Below, piece by piece: positions 10,242 to 21,079 of a DNA stretch of 64,000 nt. The stretch comes from a virus: positions 79,337 through 143,336 of IMG/VR virus record IMGVR_UViG_3300017917_003893; one strand, given 5' to 3'. The notes beneath the pieces were generated by a model that was not told where the DNA came from, did no database searches, and saw nothing but the letters and a program-made list of their open reading frames with translations. Position numbers and translations under genes: made by a program. Every line of letters starts with the position of its first letter. Positions within the stretch are counted from its first letter, which is position 1.

Positions 10242-10721
10242 ATGGGAAGATATGATAGCTTATTAGAACAAATAAAAACAATTGATACTGAAGTTGTTAA
10301 AGATTGGGATTCAAATACAGATCCATCTATGAAAGTTGTAGAGGAACAAAAAGTTTATATTTGGATAAGACTTTATTTGAAAAATGAATCTAACTTAGAG
10401 ATTGGTGATGATATATTCATTAACTATACACCAAGTGGAGAGAAATTAGAGACTAAGTTTATTTGTTATGATAAAACTAGTTTAACAAAAGATCACGATG
10501 ACTTAGAAAAAATAGTTAATTTCAATCCTGAAGATGATAAGAAAGTTCTTTGTCTTATGGTTGACCAAGACAGAATCAACAAAGGAAATGATATACCTTT
10601 TATTAGAACACTGTTTAAATCAGGAATTCATTATCAACATCAACTTGTAAGAAGATCTGAACTTTTATTTGTGAATAGTAGAACTGGTGAGTCTTTAGAC
10701 TATTTTGACTGTGATTATTAA
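10242..10721 (+). CDS. Hypothetical protein
   Basis: 159-aa ORF with typical codon usage. Confidence 0.65.
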   Translation: MGRYDSLLEQIKTIDTEVVKDWDSNTDPSMKVVEEQKVYIWIRLYLKNESNLEIGDDIFINYTPSGEKLETKFICYDKTSLTKDHDDLEKIVNFNPEDDKKVLCLMVDQDRINKGNDIPFIRTLFKSGIHYQHQLVRRSELLFVNSRTGESLDYFDCDY

Positions 10722-10748
10722 AAAATAAAAAAAATGAGTTTTATAATG

Positions 10749-10757
10749 TAATATATA
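10749..10757 (+). promoter_or_regulatory. Putative phage late promoter TAATATATA
   Basis: Motif recurs upstream of >20 genes, including structural ones. Confidence 0.6.
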
Positions 10758-10784
10758 CATTATAAAAAATTAACCTAAATAGAC

Positions 10785-11342
10785 ATGAGATATTTAAAAA
10801 CTTATGAATCATTTTCAACAAACGAAGAGTTCTTAGGTGGACTTTGGAATAAAATTACCGCTGCGTTTGCTAATTGGAAAAATGAAAAAATGAAAAAAGC
10901 TGGTGAGACACTAGCTAAATCAATCGAAGAAAAAAAGGATGATCCTAAAATGCAAAAGGCTCTAGCTGACTTAAAGGTAGCTTATGATAAATTAGCTCCA
11001 GAAGATAAGGCTAAAGTTCAATCATTTAAAGATGAAAAAAATATTCCAGTAGAAACTGAAGTAAATGCTGAAGAAGAAGTTATGGCTGAATCTTTACTTT
11101 TAGAAGAAGAAGGTATGGTAGCTAAAATTATCTCTTACCTAGGATTTACAGCAGGTGCTGCTTCATTTGTTAGTCTAATTGTAACAGTTATTCAAATCGC
11201 TATGGCTGGTTCTGGTTATCCAACTACTTTATTTGGATTATCATTGGGTACTTTTGGTGCTATCTGTATGGTTGCTGTATTAGTATTTGGTGTTGGTGGA
11301 GCTATTGCTCAGTCTGTTGACCAAGGTGAATTTTCAAAATAA
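10785..11342 (+). CDS. Putative virion internal protein with two C-terminal TM helices
   Basis: N-terminal MRYLKTYESF motif; hydrophobic C-terminus. Confidence 0.6.
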   Translation: MRYLKTYESFSTNEEFLGGLWNKITAAFANWKNEKMKKAGETLAKSIEEKKDDPKMQKALADLKVAYDKLAPEDKAKVQSFKDEKNIPVETEVNAEEEVMAESLLLEEEGMVAKIISYLGFTAGAASFVSLIVTVIQIAMAGSGYPTTLFGLSLGTFGAICMVAVLVFGVGGAIAQSVDQGEFSK

Positions 11343-11360
11343 TAATAAATTTATAAAATA

Positions 11361-11392
11361 AAAAGGAGATAATTAATTATCTCCTTTTTTTT
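11361..11392. terminator. Bidirectional intrinsic terminator
   Basis: aaaaggagataatt/aattatctcctttt between convergent genes. Confidence 0.7.
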
Positions 11393-11633
11393 GTTCCTTA
11401 TTTTTTAGCTTTTCAAATTCCGCATCTAAGCCACTTTTTCTCAAGCCAAAGTTTGAAGCAAAGTAAGCAGTTCCTAAAACAAGAATGCAGAATAGTGGAT
11501 TTTTCATTTCATCACCAAAACCTGTTAATAGGAAAATGCCAAAAGTGATTGCTATTCCGATTAGGTGAAAAATTGCTTTGTAGTTGTTAACGATGAATTT
11601 CATATGTGTAGTGATTAATTTTATATTGAACAA
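11373..11633 (-). CDS. Small membrane protein (true start likely ~11603-11606)
   Basis: Two TM segments; TATATTTG on - strand at 11631-11638. Confidence 0.6.
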   Translation of the reverse strand: MFNIKLITTHMKFIVNNYKAIFHLIGIAITFGIFLLTGFGDEMKNPLFCILVLGTAYFASNFGLRKSGLDAEFEKLKNKEQKKGDN

Positions 11634-11719
11634 ATATAATACTTTTTATTTAATATCCAAAATAAAATAACTTTTTTCTAAAAAATATCTATAACTCATG
11701 TAAAAATAAATATGAATAG

Positions 11720-13246
11720 ATGTTAGTTGAAACACAATATTTAACAAATAGTAAGAAATTAGTAGTTAGTTACGTTGATAAAACCGGTGATATAAAGCTT
11801 AAATATTATAATTGGGATAATCCAATGAAGTATGTTGCTTGTGAGGACAACGATCCTCAAAGACACCCTGAATTTAGATCTTGGGATGGTAAATCAGTTA
11901 AACAAGTTGAAGTTAATCAACCTGATAGATATGCTATCTATGAATTCTTAGATGGCTTACCAGAATCTGAAAAAAATGAAATATTTGAATTTAATCTACC
12001 TAAGATTTACTTTATAGATATCGAGACTGAAATCGTTGATGGTTTCCCTGAGGCGGCTGATGTTAAAGACCAAGATGGTAATATAACTAAAGAAGGAGCT
12101 TCAACACAAGTTCTTTCTATCTCTATTGTTTATGATGATAAAATCATTCTACTTGGTTTGAAAGAAATGCCTCAAGATATGCAGGATAGAATTATTACAA
12201 ATACTAATAAGTATTTTGAGAAGTTCGGAACTGAATACAAGTTTAAGTATATTAAGTATGATGATGAGTTTGATATGCTTTATGCTTTCTTCTATAAGAT
12301 GATTCCTAAGATGCCAATTTTAACTGGTTGGAACTTCTTACAATATGACTGGTTGTATTTAGTAAATCGTTCTAGAAAGATTTCTAAGTGGGTAAATGGT
12401 AGAGAGTATAGAATTGATCCTGCTGTTTCATCTTTAACAAAAAGAATGAATAAGATTTGGTCAACAGACTTTGAAGTTCCAGCACATAGAATGATTTTTG
12501 ACTATATGCAACTTTATGAAATCTGTGATACTTCTATCAAAGTAAAAGAATCTTCATCATTAGACTTCGTATCTAATAAATTAGTTGGTGTTGAAAAGAT
12601 TAAGTATAATGGATCTTTACAAAAGTTATATGAAGATGATTTTGAGACATTTATGTACTATAACGCAGTCGATAGTGTTCTTGTTCAAAAGATACACGAT
12701 GCTCGTAACTACATTTCAATTATCTATGCGATTTCATCACTTGCTCAGATTAGAATCATTGACGTTGTTTCTCAAATGAATAATGCGTTAGGTTCCTTGG
12801 CTATTACAGAAGGTGTTTTAAGAAACAGATTTCGTAAGATGGACAATATTGTTCTATTCCGAGATGAGCGAGGAGATGCAGAATCTACAATTGCAGGTGG
12901 TTGGGTAAAAGACCCTGTAGTTGGTATGAATCAGTGGTGTGTTACTTATGACTTTGCTTCACTTTATCCAACAACACAAAGACAATTCTTTATAGCACCT
13001 GAAACTTTTGTAGGTGTTCAAGATGAAAAAGATAAGTCTAAATGTACAAATGGTAGACCTATTGATTTAGATAAACATGTTTTATGTGTAAATGGTGTAG
13101 TATTTGAAAAAAGAAAGTCACCAACGCTTAATATGCTTGAGGATGTTTATGCTGATAGAAAAAAAGCAAAGAAAGTGATGATGCAAAAGAAAGAAGACTT
13201 AAAAAAAGTTCTTGATGAGATTAAACAATTAGAGGCAGAAATATAA
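11720..13246 (+). CDS. Family B DNA polymerase, N-terminal subunit of a split gp43 (exonuclease + motif A)
   Basis: ExoI FIDIETE, ExoII GWNFLQYD, ExoIII YNAVD, motif A YDFASLYP; ends before motifs B and C. Confidence 0.9.
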   Translation: MLVETQYLTNSKKLVVSYVDKTGDIKLKYYNWDNPMKYVACEDNDPQRHPEFRSWDGKSVKQVEVNQPDRYAIYEFLDGLPESEKNEIFEFNLPKIYFIDIETEIVDGFPEAADVKDQDGNITKEGASTQVLSISIVYDDKIILLGLKEMPQDMQDRIITNTNKYFEKFGTEYKFKYIKYDDEFDMLYAFFYKMIPKMPILTGWNFLQYDWLYLVNRSRKISKWVNGREYRIDPAVSSLTKRMNKIWSTDFEVPAHRMIFDYMQLYEICDTSIKVKESSSLDFVSNKLVGVEKIKYNGSLQKLYEDDFETFMYYNAVDSVLVQKIHDARNYISIIYAISSLAQIRIIDVVSQMNNALGSLAITEGVLRNRFRKMDNIVLFRDERGDAESTIAGGWVKDPVVGMNQWCVTYDFASLYPTTQRQFFIAPETFVGVQDEKDKSKCTNGRPIDLDKHVLCVNGVVFEKRKSPTLNMLEDVYADRKKAKKVMMQKKEDLKKVLDEIKQLEAEI

Positions 13247-13299
13247 TTTCTGTCTTTTTTATTTTAATATATATTGTTGTAAAAAAATATCTTCTTCTA

Positions 13300-15507
13300 A
13301 TGAAAATTGAAAAATACTCAGATTTCAACAATCAAAATATATCCGAAGAAATAGATTGGGAAAATATAAAATATAAACTAGGTAAACTAGGATCTATTAC
13401 TAAAGGTGGTAAATTTTTTGGTAGAAAAAAACAAGATGCTAAGGCTAAAGAGGAAATTGAAGCCTTACTTAAAGATGCTAATAATAAATTTATTAGCGAT
13501 ATGGATAAAAAACTAAAAGAGGTAGCACCTGAGTTTCCAAACAATAAAAGTAGAGACCAGTTCTTAGAAGCACTTTCAATAATTTCAGCTACATATGACT
13601 CAATAATTCAAGCTTGTCATAAAACATACGAAATACACGCATACTCAAGTAGTCGTGAAGATTTAAAAGATGAAGATAATAAAGGTTTTTTGAAAACAGA
13701 TAAAGATGGTAATATAATTACCACTCTTAAACCAGGTGATGAGAATTATATGACAATTGAAATGGCTAATGCTTTAATTCAGTCATTACAAAAATATATG
13801 AAAAAACTAATAGACTATGATTTATCAACATCTTACACAGTTTTTGAAAAAAATACTATAACAGAAGAAGAAGCTGAATATTTAATTAATAAGTTAAATG
13901 AAGAGATATCATTAAATCCTTTTAATTGGTTTAAAAAGAAACAAGAATCACCTGCTCTTACTTCAGGTACTGATACGGCTACTAAAAAAATGGTACACTC
14001 TACTAAATATGAAAAGATATTTGGTGGTTTAGGTGTTGCTTTAGGTGTATTTGGTTGGGTTGTTCAAACAGAATGGTTTAGAACAATGATGGAGTCTTGG
14101 TTGAATAAACCAGAAATAACAAAAGATGTTATAAGTAAAGATATTAAAAATATAGGAATGGAAGTTAAAGATGGTGAAGGTTTAACTCAGGCACTTAACA
14201 GAACATTAGGTACAGATTTTAATAAGAATACACCCGTTTCAGAATTTGTTAGTACTCTTAGAGATAAGGGATTTGGTAATAATCCTACTGAGATATTTAA
14301 TAATTTAGGTATTGATTCTTTATCACCAAATGCTAATTTTAATGCAGATGCTGTTACAGCTTTAAGTGGTGGTGGTAATTTACAAAATGCTTTTTCAGGA
14401 ATTTTTCACGGTAGAGGTGGTACTTTATTGGCTCTTAATCCAGGGGAATTTTTAGCAAAACAAATAACAACACAAGTAACAAAGGTTGTTGTTCAACAAG
14501 CTGTTAAAGTAGGAACAACTATTGCTACTGGTTTAGCGGCAGCAGGTCCTTTTATTACTGGTTTAGGTATAGCTATGGTTGCTGGTGCTATAACATCTTG
14601 GTTGTTAAAAAGAAAGGCTAAGAAATCTTCTAGATATAAAGACTTACAAGAACTTTTAGAGAAATTCAAGCTAATTGAGTTACAACAAGGTTATAGAAAG
14701 AGTCCTATTAAATATGAAGATGGTGAAGAGTTTACACCAATTGGTAATGATGAAACTGGTGGTACTGTTGAGTCATCTGGTGTTAGTGAGAAGTCAATTT
14801 ATTCTTTAATGATTAAAAACTTAACTCAGTTAAGAAGTTTAATTAGCACTTCAGAAGGTGTTAGATTAGAAGGCGAAAAAGACTCAATTAAAGGTGCTGA
14901 ACTTGGAAAATCAAAAAGACAAAAAGAAGTATCTAAAAGAAGAGTTAATAAACCAGCACTTGCTGAAAATTTAATATTAAGATATAATGATTTGATAACT
15001 GAGGAAGATAGATTTGGTCAGCAACGTAATGTTGAGATAATGAAGACTGAAGAATATTTAACTCAAGCTTTCACTAATATTAGAAAGTCTTTAAAGTCAT
15101 TAAAAGATGAAAAAGATAAAGGTATTGGAGTTACATATGATTTCATAGGTGATATTCTTGATAAGAAAATGGATTCTGGCACAAAAGAACCAATTAAGAA
15201 CTTATATTCTGAAATATATGATTATCTATATGGTTCTAAATCTAAAACTGTAAGTGATTTAGGAGCTTTATATAAAGAAAGTGTTGAAGTTATTTCTAAT
15301 AAGGCTAAAAGACAAGTTGTTGCTGAAAAAATAGCTAGATTCTCAAAAAGATCTTTACAGTTTGAAGGTGAAGGTTTTTATGGTGGTATGGGTCAGTTTG
15401 GATCAGACTTACAGGATTTTAATAAATCACTTAAAGATATAATGAATTACTTTAAAGAAAATAGTCAAGTAAAAGAATCTAAAATACAAAGATTCAAAGA
15501 TATGTAA
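13300..15507 (+). CDS. Large putative virion protein with hydrophobic segments
   Basis: MKIEKYSDF N-terminus, internal copies of the motif, TAATATATA upstream. Confidence 0.6.
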   Translation: MKIEKYSDFNNQNISEEIDWENIKYKLGKLGSITKGGKFFGRKKQDAKAKEEIEALLKDANNKFISDMDKKLKEVAPEFPNNKSRDQFLEALSIISATYDSIIQACHKTYEIHAYSSSREDLKDEDNKGFLKTDKDGNIITTLKPGDENYMTIEMANALIQSLQKYMKKLIDYDLSTSYTVFEKNTITEEEAEYLINKLNEEISLNPFNWFKKKQESPALTSGTDTATKKMVHSTKYEKIFGGLGVALGVFGWVVQTEWFRTMMESWLNKPEITKDVISKDIKNIGMEVKDGEGLTQALNRTLGTDFNKNTPVSEFVSTLRDKGFGNNPTEIFNNLGIDSLSPNANFNADAVTALSGGGNLQNAFSGIFHGRGGTLLALNPGEFLAKQITTQVTKVVVQQAVKVGTTIATGLAAAGPFITGLGIAMVAGAITSWLLKRKAKKSSRYKDLQELLEKFKLIELQQGYRKSPIKYEDGEEFTPIGNDETGGTVESSGVSEKSIYSLMIKNLTQLRSLISTSEGVRLEGEKDSIKGAELGKSKRQKEVSKRRVNKPALAENLILRYNDLITEEDRFGQQRNVEIMKTEEYLTQAFTNIRKSLKSLKDEKDKGIGVTYDFIGDILDKKMDSGTKEPIKNLYSEIYDYLYGSKSKTVSDLGALYKESVEVISNKAKRQVVAEKIARFSKRSLQFEGEGFYGGMGQFGSDLQDFNKSLKDIMNYFKENSQVKESKIQRFKDM

Positions 15508-15513
15508 AAAAAG

Positions 15514-15542
15514 AAAACCTCTGATAAATCAGAGGTTTTTTT
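15514..15542. terminator. Bidirectional intrinsic terminator
   Basis: aaaacctctgat-aa-atcagaggtttt. Confidence 0.8.
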
Positions 15543-16191
15543 AATTTATTTTAATAGGTTCCCAAATTACTTCAGGCATTTTTTCTTTAACAACTTTAGT
15601 TGCTCTTTTTAGATATTTTGGATTATCATCATAAAAAATAGCTTTTTTGAAACCGGTTTCTTTTAATATTTCAACTATTTTTTCACCTTTCCAAATTCCC
15701 AAATTTCTTGAACCTTTAGGTGCCATATGTAATCCATATTTAGGTAGTTTTAGTCCTAGTTGTAATAATCTATCAACTATTTTACCTCTTATAGTTTCTT
15801 CTCTTGCTGTAACAATACATTTATTTTCAACTGATTTGTATAAGTCTGATACTTCTTTTAATGTATTAGGTAAGCTTATGTTTGATGTGTGAAATAAATT
15901 AGGTGTTGTTAAATACATTCTATCACCTTTTCTAACCCAGTTTCCGAACTCTTTAATTTGTTTATTTGGATCTGGTATATAAATTCTATTATCCTGCCAT
16001 TTTAAGTCATTTAATGATACGCCAATTCTATTAACTGATTGTATCAATAGGTCTTTAATAGTTACATCTTCTTTTAAATATTGAATAGCTAGTTCTTCAA
16101 ATGATGGTGAATTTACAAGTGTGTCATCAAAATCAAATACATGAAGCGTTTCTTCATCACTTGTAAATTCATTATAGGTTTTAATTTTCAT
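15541..16191 (-). CDS. HAD-superfamily phosphatase (RNA-repair HAD-like)
   Basis: VFDFDDTL, VTAR and FYDD motifs; ATG at 16191 gives MKIKTYNEF. Confidence 0.75.
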   Translation of the reverse strand: MKIKTYNEFTSDEETLHVFDFDDTLVNSPSFEELAIQYLKEDVTIKDLLIQSVNRIGVSLNDLKWQDNRIYIPDPNKQIKEFGNWVRKGDRMYLTTPNLFHTSNISLPNTLKEVSDLYKSVENKCIVTAREETIRGKIVDRLLQLGLKLPKYGLHMAPKGSRNLGIWKGEKIVEILKETGFKKAIFYDDNPKYLKRATKVVKEKMPEVIWEPIKIN

Positions 16192-16369
16192 TGACTTCAA
16201 AAAATATATCTATTATATCTTGAAACTCTTTACCAAAGTGTTCAACACATAATGTATATATTTCTTCTTTCAATTCAAAACCTTGCTCAAAGAGCTGTTC
16301 TACATAATATTCAACATCATCTACTGATGTATAAATATTAAACTCATCATAATCTGGTACTAGCAACAT
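16181..16369 (-). CDS. Small acidic hypothetical protein
   Basis: Overlaps start of the HAD gene; late box upstream. Confidence 0.55.
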   Translation of the reverse strand: MLLVPDYDEFNIYTSVDDVEYYVEQLFEQGFELKEEIYTLCVEHFGKEFQDIIDIFFEVNEN

Positions 16370-16478
16370 AAAATGGAAGATATTTTTACTTATATATTAT
16401 TAAAAACCTTTGAAAATTCAATTTTTTCAAACAATTTTGAAAAAAATAATATAAATTTTACAAAAAGTTTAAAGAAAT

Positions 16479-18146
16479 ATGTCTCTAAAAAAAGATCTTG
16501 CTAAATATAAGCCCCGTAAAGAACAAAGAGAAGCTCTCGATTTTATAGAAAGTGAGTATCTAAAGAATAAAATGAACAAGTTTTTTTTATTAAATCTTCC
16601 AGTTGGAAGTGGAAAATCACACTTAGCATTAATGATTGCTGACTGGTATAAAAAGAATGTTAATAAAACTGCAAAAGTAGATATAATCACTAATAGTAAA
16701 ATATTACAAGACCAGTATTCTGGTACTTATGAGTCAATTAGTGATTTAAAGGGAAAAGAAAATTACGAATGTGAACAATATTCTTGTTCTTGTGCTCAAG
16801 GTGCTGAGTTTAATAGATTAAATAAAACATCTTGTGAAAGTTGTCCTTATACCTATGCTAAGGAGTCTTTTATTAGTGGTGGTATTTCTTTAACTAACTT
16901 TTATCTTTATATACTTTATGCTATCTATAATCAAAAACTACTTGAGAGTAGAGATTCTAGAGTTTTAATAGTTGATGAGGCTCATGAGTTTGATGATGTA
17001 ATGTCTGACTTTATTACTATTAAAATAACTGAAGGTATAGTGAAGAAGTATAAATTTTCAAATGAGTATGAGATAATGAAACAGTTAAAATCTGTTACAA
17101 CAATATCTCAGTACGTTGATTTTTTAAGATTTCTTAACGGTGAAGTTATATCTACAATTGAAGATATGGAGAAAGGTTTGTCTAAATCACCAAGAAATGT
17201 TAGACAAGACAAACGTGATTTAAAAATTAATAAAATTATTGGTGGTAAAAACTCAGATGTTAAGACAATGCAGTTAGCAACCGATTTAAGACAATTACAA
17301 TTAAAGATTGAAGTTTTTTTAAAAGAGTATAAAGATAATCCAAACAACTGGGTTCTTGAGTCTTCCTATAATGAAAAGGCTAAACAAAAAGAGCTATCAC
17401 TTGAGCCAATATGGGCATATGATTACTTAGATAAATATGTATTTAGTAACTATGATATGGTTATAATGATGTCGGGTACTATTTTAGATAAAAATCTATT
17501 TTGTCAGTTAAATGGCTTAGATGTTACTAAAGCAGTTTACTATTCAATAAGAAGTCCTTTCTCATTAAAGAATAGACCTATTTACTATATGCCACTTGGT
17601 AAGATGTCCTATAAGTCAAAAGACGAGACATTTAAGAGATATATTCCTTACATAAAAAAACTACTTGATAAGTATAAAAATAAGAAAGGTATAATACATA
17701 CTAACTCTTTTGAACTAGCTAAATGGATTCAAGAATCAATTAAAGATCCAAGATTAATTTTTCATGATTCTCAGAATAAAGATGAGATGTTAAAGATGCA
17801 TAAAGATTCGGAAGAGCCAACAGTAATAGTTAGTCCTTCTATGGACACTGGAGTTTCATTTGATAATGATGATGCTAGATTTCAAATAATAGCTAAAGTT
17901 CCTTATCCAAGTTTAGCATCTCAGAAAAATAAACTTAGACAGTCTAATAATCCTGATTGGTATTCTTGGAAAACAGTTGCTGGTTTAGTTCAAATGACTG
18001 GTAGACCTGTTAGATCTGAAATTGACTATGCTGATACTATTATACTAGATGGTTCTTTTGGTGATGTTATTAAACATAGTTCACAATTTATTCCAGATTG
18101 GATTCAAGAGGCTATTAAAAAAGTTAATGTTAAAATTGAGGCATAA
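16479..18146 (+). CDS. DinG/YoaA-like SF2 helicase with Fe-S Cys cluster
   Basis: PVGSGKS, VDEAH, MSGT, GVSF, QMTGRPVRS; CxxC cluster. Confidence 0.85.
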   Translation: MSLKKDLAKYKPRKEQREALDFIESEYLKNKMNKFFLLNLPVGSGKSHLALMIADWYKKNVNKTAKVDIITNSKILQDQYSGTYESISDLKGKENYECEQYSCSCAQGAEFNRLNKTSCESCPYTYAKESFISGGISLTNFYLYILYAIYNQKLLESRDSRVLIVDEAHEFDDVMSDFITIKITEGIVKKYKFSNEYEIMKQLKSVTTISQYVDFLRFLNGEVISTIEDMEKGLSKSPRNVRQDKRDLKINKIIGGKNSDVKTMQLATDLRQLQLKIEVFLKEYKDNPNNWVLESSYNEKAKQKELSLEPIWAYDYLDKYVFSNYDMVIMMSGTILDKNLFCQLNGLDVTKAVYYSIRSPFSLKNRPIYYMPLGKMSYKSKDETFKRYIPYIKKLLDKYKNKKGIIHTNSFELAKWIQESIKDPRLIFHDSQNKDEMLKMHKDSEEPTVIVSPSMDTGVSFDNDDARFQIIAKVPYPSLASQKNKLRQSNNPDWYSWKTVAGLVQMTGRPVRSEIDYADTIILDGSFGDVIKHSSQFIPDWIQEAIKKVNVKIEA

Positions 18147-18172
18147 AAAAACCCACCAATTGGTGGGTTTTT
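18145..18172. terminator. Bidirectional intrinsic terminator
   Basis: aaaacccacca-at-tggtgggtttt. Confidence 0.8.
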
Positions 18173-18193
18173 CTTTTTATTTTAAGTTAAAAA

Positions 18194-18715
18194 TTATTTC
18201 TTTTTTGCTAAAATTGACTTTTGAAGAGCCGCTGGTAACTTCTTTTGTGCTGCAGTTAAACCTTTAGTTTCTTTTTTATCATCTTTCTTATCTTCTTTAG
18301 CTTCTTTAGCCGCTTTTTTCATAGGCTCTTTTTTATCACCATCTTTATCTAAGTCTAAAAAATCAGGTTTAGCTTTTTTACCACCTTTTTCTTCTTTCTT
18401 GTCATCTTTTTTATCTTTCTTAGCTTTTTGTTTGTCTAAGAATGCTTGGAATCCAGCGTTTACTTTTTTCTTTTCAACAACTTCATCGCCCCAAACTCTA
18501 CCTTTTTCATCTTCTCTTTCATCTTCAAAAGTTTCTTCTTCTTCTCTTTCTTCTCTTTCTTCCATTTCTTCTTCAAAATCTTCTGAGTTATAGATTTCTT
18601 CCTCTTCTTGATCGAACGCTTGTTCGTTTTCGTAAGGGTTGTTAATTTCTTCTTCTTCGGAGAATCTTCCTAAGTCTTGTCCTGAGAAGTTTTCAAATTT
18701 TTTTAAGTATTTCAT
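18194..18715 (-). CDS. Acidic/basic low-complexity putative prohead core or internal protein
   Basis: MKYLKKFENF N-terminus; E-rich then K-rich; KPDFLDLDKDGDKKEPMKKA motif. Confidence 0.6.
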   Translation of the reverse strand: MKYLKKFENFSGQDLGRFSEEEEINNPYENEQAFDQEEEEIYNSEDFEEEMEEREEREEEETFEDEREDEKGRVWGDEVVEKKKVNAGFQAFLDKQKAKKDKKDDKKEEKGGKKAKPDFLDLDKDGDKKEPMKKAAKEAKEDKKDDKKETKGLTAAQKKLPAALQKSILAKKK

Positions 18716-18867
18716 TTTAGCGTAAATAATTTTTTATAACTTATATATTAAGTATATAAAGCCATTTTCTTGTTTTTTATATATACTTATATTAAACTTT
18801 TAAATTTTTTTGAATTTACTCAATAATTAAAAGTGAAATTTGAAAATTGAAATTAATATATAGATTT

Positions 18868-19662
18868 ATGAAGGTACAAAGATTTTCTGAATATGAGTTT
18901 GAGATAGAAGCCGCTCAACTTTTTTTAAATTCATTTGATAACATGGTAAATGAATCTGATGAATCTCATCTTAAAAAAATAATGAGAAAGGTTATTTCTG
19001 ACTTAAAATTAAATACTAGTCTTGTATTTACATTTGGTGCTGGTATTGGTGCTTGTTATCCAGTTGTTCAAAGTCTTATGCAAAATATGGGTGTTGACTC
19101 TTTTGTACTTTCTGAAGAATCTATTTTACTCTTAACAATTACTGCTTTAACAATACTATACTTAGAAGAAAAAAAGTGTAAAAGTATAGATGAAGAAGAA
19201 CGTCTAACAAAAGATGCTAAGTCTATGTTAGAAGAATTAAAGATGAAAGGTATTGGTAACGGTATAGTTAAAAAGGTTATCGCATCACTAAAATCTATTA
19301 AAAACATATTTAATGTTATAGGTAAACACATCGGTGCTGTTATAGGTGGTGTTGTTGATATGTTTGCTTACACTTCACTTTTAATTCCTATCATGAATGG
19401 TATTTTGGCTATCATTAAAAAATATGATTTAAATTTAGAAACACTAACTCAGAACCTTATAGGACTTGCTGCTGGTATAGGTACTATAATAGCAAAGCAT
19501 GGTATTGTTGAAATACTTAAAAGAATAAAGGATAAATTTAATATTAAAGTTGATCAAAAAGAAATCATAGATGACTTAGAAACACCTTCTATTCAGAAGT
19601 TTTCGACATTTGGTGACGCTGAAAAAGAAGAACAACCTGGTGATTTAATCAAAGAGCAATAA
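18868..19662 (+). CDS. Hypothetical membrane-associated protein
   Basis: ATG at 18868 (MKVQRFSEY), 5 nt after TAATATATA; hydrophobic helices. Confidence 0.6.
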   Translation: MKVQRFSEYEFEIEAAQLFLNSFDNMVNESDESHLKKIMRKVISDLKLNTSLVFTFGAGIGACYPVVQSLMQNMGVDSFVLSEESILLLTITALTILYLEEKKCKSIDEEERLTKDAKSMLEELKMKGIGNGIVKKVIASLKSIKNIFNVIGKHIGAVIGGVVDMFAYTSLLIPIMNGILAIIKKYDLNLETLTQNLIGLAAGIGTIIAKHGIVEILKRIKDKFNIKVDQKEIIDDLETPSIQKFSTFGDAEKEEQPGDLIKEQ

Positions 19663-19717
19663 GTTAATTAAAACTTAACTCTTACATTTCATATAATATA
19701 AAAATGAAATTGATTAA

Positions 19718-21049
19718 ATGACTCCTCAACTGGAAAAAGTATTCTTTAATTTTGTTCTTAGAAATAAGAAGTACTTTGATATTGTAAAGCCTTACTTTTT
19801 CAGAAATTCTGAAATTCAATTTGTTTATGGTGTCATAAGAGAGTACATGAATAAAGGTACAGATGCTCAAATACCTTCACCTAGACAAATTTTAGATATG
19901 GTCACTCTTGAAGATAAAGAGGGTATTATTACAAAAGAAATATTAAAATCTATATTACAAGTCGACTTAAAAGAGTATGATGAGAAAAACTTTATTGAGC
20001 CAAAATTCAATGCTTGGGTTCTTTCAAATCGACTAAAAACAGGAACTGTTGATATTATAGATGAAACTAGAAATTTAGATACTATTTCTGATTTTGAAAA
20101 GGCTATAGAGACCGCTGATAGAATTAAAAGTATTGTAGACGAAATGTCTTCAACTAATTTTGTTCAAGATGATGATATGGGTTCTGACTTTGATGACCCT
20201 GAGATGCACGTTCAAGATTCTTCTAAATTTAAAGTTAAATGTGGATTTGACTCGATTGACCATATGTTAGGTGGTGGTTGGGATATATCTACATTAAATG
20301 TGATAATGGCTGAAACTAATAACGGTAAGTCATTATGGATGCAAAACTTTGCTGTTAAGTCTGCTAATATGGGTCATAACGTTCTTTATATAACACTTGA
20401 AATGAGTGAAAGAAAAGTTATGAAGAGATTAGGTGCTATGCGTTTAAGAATTCCAATTAACGATTATGATGTTATGTCAAAAGACGTTGATATGATTAAG
20501 AACAAAATATCTAATTTAAGTAAAACCGAAGGTAGTGCTGATCTTTTTGATAGAAAGGTCGGTAAAATAATAACTAAGTTTTGGGCGGCAGGTACTGCCA
20601 CTATTTCGGATTTTGATTATTATATTCAAAAACTAAAAGAGAAAAAAGATATAAAAATTGATATGGTTATTGTTGACTATATCACATTAGTTGCTGCTGG
20701 AAAAGGTACAGCGGCTGATAATCTTTACACAAAAGGAAAACATTTAGCTGAGGGTTTAAGAGCCTTAGGTGCTAAGTATAAATGTCCAGTTTTAACTGGT
20801 GTTCAAGTTGCTAAGGATGCTTGGAACTCATCTGATATAACATTAGAAAGTGTTCCTGAATCTAAAGCTATAGCAGAAACTGCTGACACATTTTTTGCTA
20901 TAATAAGAACTGAGGAAATGAAAAGGCAAAATATTTATAGATTTAAACTTCTAAAACAAAGAGATGGAGATTTTTTGAAATCTCAGATTAGACTTAATTT
21001 GAATCCTACATATTTGACTTTAGAAAACGATCAGTTTATAGACCAATAA
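19718..21049 (+). CDS. Replicative DNA helicase, T4 gp41/DnaB-like
   Basis: AETNNGKS, YITLEMSE, VIVDY, ESKAIAETAD, LKQRDG. Confidence 0.9.
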   Translation: MTPQLEKVFFNFVLRNKKYFDIVKPYFFRNSEIQFVYGVIREYMNKGTDAQIPSPRQILDMVTLEDKEGIITKEILKSILQVDLKEYDEKNFIEPKFNAWVLSNRLKTGTVDIIDETRNLDTISDFEKAIETADRIKSIVDEMSSTNFVQDDDMGSDFDDPEMHVQDSSKFKVKCGFDSIDHMLGGGWDISTLNVIMAETNNGKSLWMQNFAVKSANMGHNVLYITLEMSERKVMKRLGAMRLRIPINDYDVMSKDVDMIKNKISNLSKTEGSADLFDRKVGKIITKFWAAGTATISDFDYYIQKLKEKKDIKIDMVIVDYITLVAAGKGTAADNLYTKGKHLAEGLRALGAKYKCPVLTGVQVAKDAWNSSDITLESVPESKAIAETADTFFAIIRTEEMKRQNIYRFKLLKQRDGDFLKSQIRLNLNPTYLTLENDQFIDQ

Positions 21050-21079
21050 TTGGTTTAAAAAAAATTAATAAAAAACTCT

